Source: a candidate division WOR-3 bacterium
GTDB taxonomy: Bacteria > Hydrothermota > Tepidihabitantia > Tepidihabitantales > JAOUPE01
Assembly: GCA_039801565.1 (NCBI GenBank)
Contig: JBDRUX010000044.1
Coordinates: 1-19,362, forward strand
Direction: 5' to 3'
DNA length: 19,362 nucleotides
In this document: positions 13,456-19,362 of the stretch, in pieces
Numbering within the stretch: position 1 is the stretch's first letter
Layout of the letters: each line of letters starts with the position of its first letter
The notes under the pieces: generated by a model
Told to the model about the DNA's origin: nothing
The model's input: only the letters and a program-made list of their open reading frames with translations
Database searches by the model: none
Program-made: the position numbers and the translations under genes

Positions 13456-14399
13456 AACTTTAGACCTCCACTGATTCTTTGACTACTACCTAAGTCACGG
13501 GCTTGACTGAAATAACCGGTCTGGTAGGCATAGTCAACAAAGAAGCCTCGAAACTCGGCACCCAAACCAAAGGTGAAAAGTTGGTGATATAAACCAATCC
13601 GTGCCGAGAGAATGCGTTTTAGCGAGTATTCAACGCCAATATTTTCCAGCAGTTGCCAATTGGTAAGCCCTTCATCCAAATTCGATTCCAACTCGACACT
13701 TAATAATAACCGGTCTTGTCCAATAGTAAATCGGCGGGCAATCCCTAAAGCTGGATGGGGTGAAATAACCTCGCGAGTTTTGGTATCCCAAAACAGAGGC
13801 GAAGTGGTTAGATTCCTTATTCTCAATCCTAAGTCAAGACTATCAAAAAATGTGATAACGCTACCAAAATCAATCCCCATCCCAAAACAAGATGCGACAC
13901 CGTAAGTTTGATAAATCATTTTGGCATTTACCCCAATATGAAGAGCCGGTGATAGGCTCTGCCCAAAATTGAGATAAAAGACAAATTGATTGGCATTCAC
14001 CTCCCGTTCCAAGATGGGTTGATTGGTATCGGAAGGTGGTTGGGTGGTATCAGGCAGGGTAGTTAATTTAATTTTGGGAACACCGTTATGCAAAATTGCG
14101 ATGCCATAACTCTGGTTTTGATTAGGAACGAGAATTCCTAAATAATTACTTTTGACAGCCCCACCAAAACTTTCACAATGCATCAAAAGAATACTTCTCG
14201 CATTGGTTTTAGCTCCAGCCGCTGGATTGTAGTAGATTGCTGAGGCATCATTGACCACTGCCACACAGGCACCACCTAAGCCAATTGCCCGGGCCGAGAC
14301 TCCCATCTCTTCAAAATCACCGGCATACTTAGTGGCAAAGATAATTTGCGAAGTAATCAACATTAGCCAAATTAAAAAAGATAACGGTGAAGTCTTCAT
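13452..14399 (-). CDS. PorV/PorQ-family (FadL-like) outer-membrane beta-barrel
   Basis: GVSARAIGLGGA...DASAIYYNPA signature, DYAY strand, terminal Phe; likely start is the ATG at 14399 (TGATG overlap with upstream stop). Confidence 0.82.
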   Translation of the reverse strand: MKTSPLSFLIWLMLITSQIIFATKYAGDFEEMGVSARAIGLGGACVAVVNDASAIYYNPAAGAKTNARSILLMHCESFGGAVKSNYLGILVPNQNQSYGIAILHNGVPKIKLTTLPDTTQPPSDTNQPILEREVNANQFVFYLNFGQSLSPALHIGVNAKMIYQTYGVASCFGMGIDFGSVITFFDSLDLGLRIRNLTTSPLFWDTKTREVISPHPALGIARRFTIGQDRLLLSVELESNLDEGLTNWQLLENIGVEYSLKRILSARIGLYHQLFTFGLGAEFRGFFVDYAYQTGYFSQARDLGSSQRISGGLKF

Positions 14400-15709
14400 C
14401 AATTCTCTAATTGAGAAGCCAGTTCTTTTACGCATTGAACAAAGGCTTCTAATTCCTTCTTAAAATACCGCTTGGGCGCACTATAAGTTGGGCGGATTGT
14501 TAAACTTATCCGGTAAGTCCCTGGTTTAACTACCGCACCACTATTATCTTTACCGTCCCAAACGATTAGTACTTCACCGGGTGGTTGGTGATGCTCTGGA
14601 GTTAGCTGTCTGACCAATTGATTATTCGCATCCAAGATTGAAACTATCACTTCGGCTGCTTCAGTAAGATAGAGAGCAATGGTTGTTCCCGGTTTTTCCG
14701 AAGTGAACTTTTCGGGAAAGCAACCAATAACAAAACCATCTAATCCAAGCCAGTAGTATTGACCGCCTTCGGCTTCGGTAACAAAAACTTGCCCAAACCT
14801 GCGCCAAATGGTAATGCCACGTGGCGAATAAAATTCACTATCCCCAGCTCCTTCTTTGCCAAAAGAGATGATATAATTGAGATTGCGGTCAAATTTATGA
14901 ATCTGATGATTAAGCCGGTCGGTAACATAGATGTTGGCATAATAGTCAATCGCCAAATAGGCAAAATCGGCTTCAGCAAGCCCAATCGTTTTTGAGTCAA
15001 TCATTTTTAATAGTCGTCCATTCAAATTATATTTCAAAATTCTTTTATTCGATTGGTCAATAACGACTACGAATGCTTCTTTATAATAATTCCAATCGGC
15101 ATCCGAGTCAATAACCGCAAGCGCAGTTGGATTTTTCAACTCTTGTTGCCAAACCTGAATGGGTTTGCCCAAGCTGTCATAGACAATGATTCGCGAAGCA
15201 TCCTTTTCGGTCACATAGACCCTTTTTTTGGAATCAATCGCAACGCCGAACGGTTTGCGCAAAGAATCAGCAAAAACCCCTTGCCAATGCAGGTCACCTT
15301 TCTGAAATTTTAATCGGACGATTCGGTTATTATCAGTATCAGCAACGTAGACATCACCGTCCGGATTAGCAGCAATCCCGTGCGGATTATTAAACTCTTT
15401 CTCACCGGTTCCGGTTTGTCCCAAAATGCCCAATTTCAATAATCCGACATTATAGATAATTTGCCCGCTACCTGAGTTTACGGCAAATAGAGTTAAGATA
15501 TGGTCATCGGTGGCAGTATTAGGATTATCGCCTTCCTTCAGCCGAACCGCAACTATCCCTTCCGGTTCGTTTATTGTAAAGTTCGGACCTAAAAACATAT
15601 TGATAAAAAACTTTGAAGCACGATTAATACCCAAGGTGTGCTTAAATGGTGGAACGAGTAAAGTGGTTGAGTGGCTTAAAAAAAGCATCGCTAAAAAAAG
15701 CCATTGCAC
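14399..15709 (-). CDS. exported NHL-repeat beta-propeller protein with C-terminal FlgD-type Ig domain
   Basis: FNNPHGIA...VYVADTDNNRI, PFGVAID, IYVTDRLNHQIHKFD, FYSPRGI; WDGKDNSG.VV.PGTY. Confidence 0.85.
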   Translation of the reverse strand: MQWLFLAMLFLSHSTTLLVPPFKHTLGINRASKFFINMFLGPNFTINEPEGIVAVRLKEGDNPNTATDDHILTLFAVNSGSGQIIYNVGLLKLGILGQTGTGEKEFNNPHGIAANPDGDVYVADTDNNRIVRLKFQKGDLHWQGVFADSLRKPFGVAIDSKKRVYVTEKDASRIIVYDSLGKPIQVWQQELKNPTALAVIDSDADWNYYKEAFVVVIDQSNKRILKYNLNGRLLKMIDSKTIGLAEADFAYLAIDYYANIYVTDRLNHQIHKFDRNLNYIISFGKEGAGDSEFYSPRGITIWRRFGQVFVTEAEGGQYYWLGLDGFVIGCFPEKFTSEKPGTTIALYLTEAAEVIVSILDANNQLVRQLTPEHHQPPGEVLIVWDGKDNSGAVVKPGTYRISLTIRPTYSAPKRYFKKELEAFVQCVKELASQLEN

Positions 15710-15715
15710 TAAATA

Positions 15716-15743
15716 ATCTTACCAAATGGCTTTTGATTGTCAA
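15716..15743 (-). promoter_or_regulatory. sigma70-type promoter for the minus-strand operon (probably leaderless)
   Basis: TTGACA-N16-TAAGAT with extended -10 TG; only 6 nt before the GTG start and no SD. Confidence 0.65.
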
Positions 15744-15757
15744 GCAGGCAATTTTTA

Positions 15758-17092
15758 TGTCATTGCAAAGCGAAAATGTTCCCTCCTCCTTTATTTAGTT
15801 ATTATTATTTAATTATTATTTAAAGGAGGACGAATGCAAGAACCATCAAAATCGTATATTAAACTGGGAGATAGAATTGTGATACTGACCGATGTTAAAA
15901 GAGGTACCATCTCACTAAAACAAGCCAGCGAATTACTTAAAATCTCCTACCGCCATGCAAAACGATTATACAAAATATTCAAAACCTCTGGTGTAATGGG
16001 ACTCTTACCCAAAAAACGTACCAAACCACCCTGGAATAAAACTACCACCGAAATTAAACAGAAAATTATTAGCATTAAACAACAATTCCCCACAATTCCG
16101 CCTATGGCGGACTGCCATCTGACTGACTTGCTAAAAGAACAAGGCATAACCATCTCTCACGAAACTGTCCGCACCATCCTCATTCACAATCAACGCCACA
16201 CCCCAAACCTTAAACTGAAACGACGCCCCCGAAAACGATTTGAAGCCGAAAAAGCCGGAAAATTGGTCCAGATGGATACCTCACCTTATCATTGGTTACC
16301 AGCCATTGATAAGGAATTAAAGTTAATCCTTACCTTTGATGACCACTCCAGAAAACCACTTGCCGCCCGAATTGCCGAACACGATACCACTTGGGAAAAT
16401 ATTTGTGTCTTAAGAAAAACGGTAGAAAAATATGGTATCTTCGAGACCTTTTATACGGATTGTGATGCTAAATTCAAATACTATCGAACTAATTTCTCTT
16501 TATACTTCAATTATCAAAAACCACCGGAGGCGGTAGACACGCAAATTAGTCAGGCGTTAGCGGAATTGGGAATTATTATCCTTAACACCCATCCCCATGC
16601 GCCGCATGAAAAAGGGAAAATTGAACGTTTCTTTGGTTTCTTACAAGCCCGCTTACCCATTGAATTTCAAAGGCATGGTATTACCACGCTAGCTGCGGCA
16701 AATCGGTATTTAGAAAAGTATTTAGACCGCTACAGTAGTCAATGGGTCCATAATACTACGGGGATAATTCCGGATGAGCGATTTAAGAATTCCTGTTTTA
16801 AGCCATTACCGGCGGATTGTGATTTAGATGCGATTTTCTGTTTGCGTGAGACTCGCAAGGTAAAGAAGGACAATACCTTTAGCTATAAGGGGCAGACATT
16901 TCAATTGACCAATTTTAATTATCGGGCTTATTGGGGTGATGTTGAGATTGCGCTTCGGATTATTCCTGGGAAAGAAATTAGAGTCTATCATCAGGACCGA
17001 TTAGTTCAAAGATTTCGTTATAATGGTGACCGATGATTGACAACCAAAAGAAAAAGTTTATCATAAGGGGACATTTTGGCTCTGTCGTAACA
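15758..17092 (+). mobile_element. insertion sequence, IS1202/ISNCY (IS481-related) type, 1335 bp
   Basis: TGT...ACA ends; 27-bp imperfect IRs 15758-15784 and 17066-17092 (20/27 match); flanking CAATTTTTA (15749-15757)/CAATTTTTC (17093-17101) target duplication. Confidence 0.9.
15834..17036 (+). CDS. DDE transposase, IS1202/ISNCY type
   Basis: N-terminal HTH (ASELLKISYRHAKRL), GKLVQMDTS, FYTD, KGKIERFF catalytic motifs, R.V.KDNTFSY C-terminal motif; AAAGGAGG RBS. Confidence 0.92.
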   Translation: MQEPSKSYIKLGDRIVILTDVKRGTISLKQASELLKISYRHAKRLYKIFKTSGVMGLLPKKRTKPPWNKTTTEIKQKIISIKQQFPTIPPMADCHLTDLLKEQGITISHETVRTILIHNQRHTPNLKLKRRPRKRFEAEKAGKLVQMDTSPYHWLPAIDKELKLILTFDDHSRKPLAARIAEHDTTWENICVLRKTVEKYGIFETFYTDCDAKFKYYRTNFSLYFNYQKPPEAVDTQISQALAELGIIILNTHPHAPHEKGKIERFFGFLQARLPIEFQRHGITTLAAANRYLEKYLDRYSSQWVHNTTGIIPDERFKNSCFKPLPADCDLDAIFCLRETRKVKKDNTFSYKGQTFQLTNFNYRAYWGDVEIALRIIPGKEIRVYHQDRLVQRFRYNGDR

Positions 17093-17125
17093 CAATTTTT
17101 CTTTTAAATTTCCACAACAATAGGG

Positions 17126-17154
17126 ATACTACCTATAGAATAATCCTAAGTCAA
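17126..17154 (-). promoter_or_regulatory. sigma70-type promoter facing the IS right end
   Basis: Minus strand TTGACT-N17-TAGTAT. Confidence 0.5.
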
Positions 17155-17301
17155 TAGCGAAACATTATCTTTGGTAAGGTAATAACTTTGCTAAATATTG
17201 CAGTTTATGATTTTAGGTATCTTTTAAGTGAAATCAGCGTCTAATTAATAAGCTTCGCTGTTCTTGTTCATCCTTTACGCAGGAGTAGGAAAAACGTAGG
17301 A

Positions 17302-17329
17302 TTGACAATTGCTTTTGCTTGATTAAAGT
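17302..17329 (+). promoter_or_regulatory. sigma70-type promoter for OMP-copA unit
   Basis: TTGACA-N16-TAAAGT; AAGGAGGT RBS before ATG 17367. Confidence 0.55.
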
Positions 17330-17366
17330 TAATAATGAGTTTTTAATAATAACAAGGAGGTAGTTT

Positions 17367-18231
17367 ATGTTTTTTAATAAAAGTAAGTCGTTTTCACGAC
17401 AATTCACCTTAATCGTTCTCTTAACTATGATTGGCTTTTTACCTTCTAACCTGAAGGCTTCTTTCTTAAATAATCCGACTAACCGTTTTGTCTTTAGCGT
17501 TGGTACCGAACTTGGATTCGTCAAAGTCCTGTCCCATAAGATTCAATTCAGCCAAGATGGGACAAGGTTCGATTATGTTAAAGAAGGTGGTCAAGATATC
17601 CTCTTCCCATTCAGTCGCCTTACCGCAGAATTAGAAATAAGTCGCCGGCACACCTTGATTTTTCTGATTCAACCACTGGAAATTCGAACAGAAGCCCTGT
17701 TGGAAAGAGACCTTGTTGTTGATGAACTGACCTTTCCGGCAGGGACGCCGATGGATTTCAAATACGGGTTCAGTTTTTATCGGTTAAGTTATCAATACGA
17801 TTTCAATCGTTCGCCTGAAAAAGAGATTGCGATTGGTTTGTCTTTGCAATTGCGTAACGCCTCAATCAGTTTTGCTTCAAAGGATGGACAGCTTTTTCCG
17901 AATTAACCAGAACTTGGGACCAGTCCCAATTATTCGGTTTCATAGCAGGTTGCCTTTGAACCGCGTCTCTTGGCTTGGTGTTGAAATAGATGGTTTTTAC
18001 GCTTCGGGTCGAATAATCACCGGCAGTAGGAATGATTTTGTTGGGGCAATCCTGGACGGTTCGTTGCGCTATGGAGTGCAAATAAATGAATCGCTTGCAG
18101 GATTTTTTAATATTCGTTATCTTGGTGGTGGTGCGCGTGGAACTGAGGAGAATCAGACCGGACCGGGTGATGGTTATACCGATAATTGGTTGCATACAAC
18201 TTCAATTACCCTTGGATTTTATCTAAAATAA
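17367..18231 (+). pseudogene. putative outer-membrane beta-barrel protein split by a 1-nt frameshift (or sequencing error)
   Basis: Removing one T from the T5 run at 17893-17897 joins ...KDGQLF to RINQNLGPVP..., giving 287 aa with signal peptide, amphipathic strands and terminal SITLGFYLK. Confidence 0.7.
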
Positions 18232-18238
18232 ACAATTG

Positions 18239-19362
18239 ATGCCCGAGAAATCAGTGATAAAACATCGTGACCCGGTATGCGGCATGGAAATTACTGAAGA
18301 GGAAGAAGCTGGACGCTACGAGTATAAAGGAACGACTTATCATTTTTGTAGCCTGAGCTGTCGGGAGAAATTTAAAGCCAATCCCGAAAAATTTCTGAAA
18401 CTTCAGGAACTCTTTATCCCAATAATGCCCGATAAAAAAATCGGTAAGACTGAAACGATAACCCTGCCGGTCTTTGGTATGTCCTGTGCCAGTTGTGTCT
18501 TAACGATTGAAAAAGCGGTAAATAGTTTACCCGGTGTCGCTAATGTTACGGTCAATTTCGCTACGGAGAAAGCGATTATCGAGTATGACAAAAAAGTCAC
18601 CAGCCTTAACGATATCAAGAATATCATCAAAAGTGTTGGTTATGAACCCGGTGAAGTCGGCGCTGAAATAACTGACAAATCACAACTCGAATGGCAAAGG
18701 GCAAAGACCCGATTAATCATTGCCTGGTTAATCACTATCCCGATTATTATCTTAATGATTTTGGAGATGGGCTTTAGCCATCTTATCCATCATATTGACC
18801 CAAATATGACAAAGCTCGATTCCTTGATGGTTATTCTTGGGGCATTGGTTTTATTCATTCCCGGCTTAAATACCCTAAGAGCCGGCATCAATTCAATACG
18901 CCATGGCTCTGCCTCAATGGATGTTCTAATCGGAATCGGAACAATCACGGCATTGATTACTGGTATCTTAAGAATCTCTGGACTCCGAATTGAAAACTAT
19001 GCTGGGATTGCCGGAATGATTATGGCATTCCATCTGACCGGTCGGTATATCGAAGCGATGTCCAAAGGCAAGGCTTCCGGTGCAATTAAAAGATTAATTC
19101 AGTTAGGTGCTAAGACTGCCCGTGTCCTTGTTGATAATGAAGAAAAAGAGATTCCGATTGAGCAATTGAAGGTTGGTGACCTAATGGTGGTTAAACCCGG
19201 GGAAAAGATTCCGACCGATGGCGAAGTTACTGCCGGCAGTTCCAGTGTTGATGAATCAATGGCAACCGGTGAATCTCTGCCAGTTAAGAAAAAAGTTGGT
19301 GATATGGTTATTGGTGGGACGATTAACCAACAAGGGTTATTACACATCAAGGCGACCAAGGT
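18239..19362 (+). CDS. copA: heavy-metal (Cu+) translocating P1B-type ATPase with YHS and HMA domains (3'-partial; absent from ORF track)
   Basis: Manual translation: DPVCGM...YHFCSLSC (YHS), GMSCASC (HMA), [35 protein letters not shown]; no stop before window end. Confidence 0.93.
   Translation, partial: MPEKSVIKHRDPVCGMEITEEEEAGRYEYKGTTYHFCSLSCREKFKANPEKFLKLQELFIPIMPDKKIGKTETITLPVFGMSCASCVLTIEKAVNSLPGVANVTVNFATEKAIIEYDKKVTSLNDIKNIIKSVGYEPGEVGAEITDKSQLEWQRAKTRLIIAWLITIPIIILMILEMGFSHLIHHIDPNMTKLDSLMVILGALVLFIPGLNTLRAGINSIRHGSASMDVLIGIGTITALITGILRISGLRIENYAGIAGMIMAFHLTGRYIEAMSKGKASGAIKRLIQLGAKTARVLVDNEEKEIPIEQLKVGDLMVVKPGEKIPTDGEVTAGSSSVDESMATGESLPVKKKVGDMVIGGTINQQGLLHIKATK

Noticed and set aside
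14400..14435. Tracked ATG 14435 as start of the PorV-like gene
   Set aside because: Overlaps the NHL gene by 37 nt; ATG 14399 gives a normal signal peptide and a coupled junction.
15758..15775. IS left end TGTCATTGC as a REP copy
   Set aside because: Fully explained as the terminal inverted repeat matching the right end.
15720..17130. dif/Xer site next to the IS (some IS1202 members target these)
   Set aside because: No recognisable XerC/XerD arm pair on either flank.
17120..17136. CsoR-type copper operator (ATAGG-N7-CCTAT)
   Set aside because: Does not match the C-tract/G-tract orientation I expect, and lies ~170 bp from the OMP-copA promoter.
775..19359. Short antisense or alternate-frame ORFs in the track (e.g. 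775-1029, 4671-4985, 13612-13905, 17234-17524, 18403-18630, 19099-19359)
   Set aside because: Shadows of well-supported genes; no recognisable motifs.

Overview
AT-rich bacterial chromosomal window. The T9SS-type C-terminal domains (CTDs), C25 protease and PorV/PorQ-family gene suggest an FCB-group organism such as candidate phylum WOR-3; this is inference only. Left to right: a 5'-truncated XRE-HTH gene with two internal helical repeats, then mgsA and a Zn-alcohol dehydrogenase; an orphan T9SS CTD fragment; a highly structured ~260-nt leader; a gingipain-like C25 protease; and a 16-blade YVTN propeller, the last two with CTDs. Next is a convergent, tightly coupled minus-strand operon (NHL/FlgD-Ig, PorV/PorQ-like, dolichol/phytol-kinase-like, frameshifted CTD-like gene, TPR-parvulin PPIase, galT, glgA). 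Then come an IS1202/ISNCY-type insertion sequence, a frameshifted outer-membrane protein gene and a 3'-truncated YHS-HMA CopA. Most interesting: (1) the XRE protein's repeats resemble rudivirus (SIRV) capsid protein; (2) an (AC)6-containing leader ORF may act as a switch over a terminator upstream of the protease; (3) two operon genes have no canonical start and seem to use ATA/TTA codons overlapping the upstream stop; (4) nested in-frame REP-like palindromes lie inside the CTD coding sequence.
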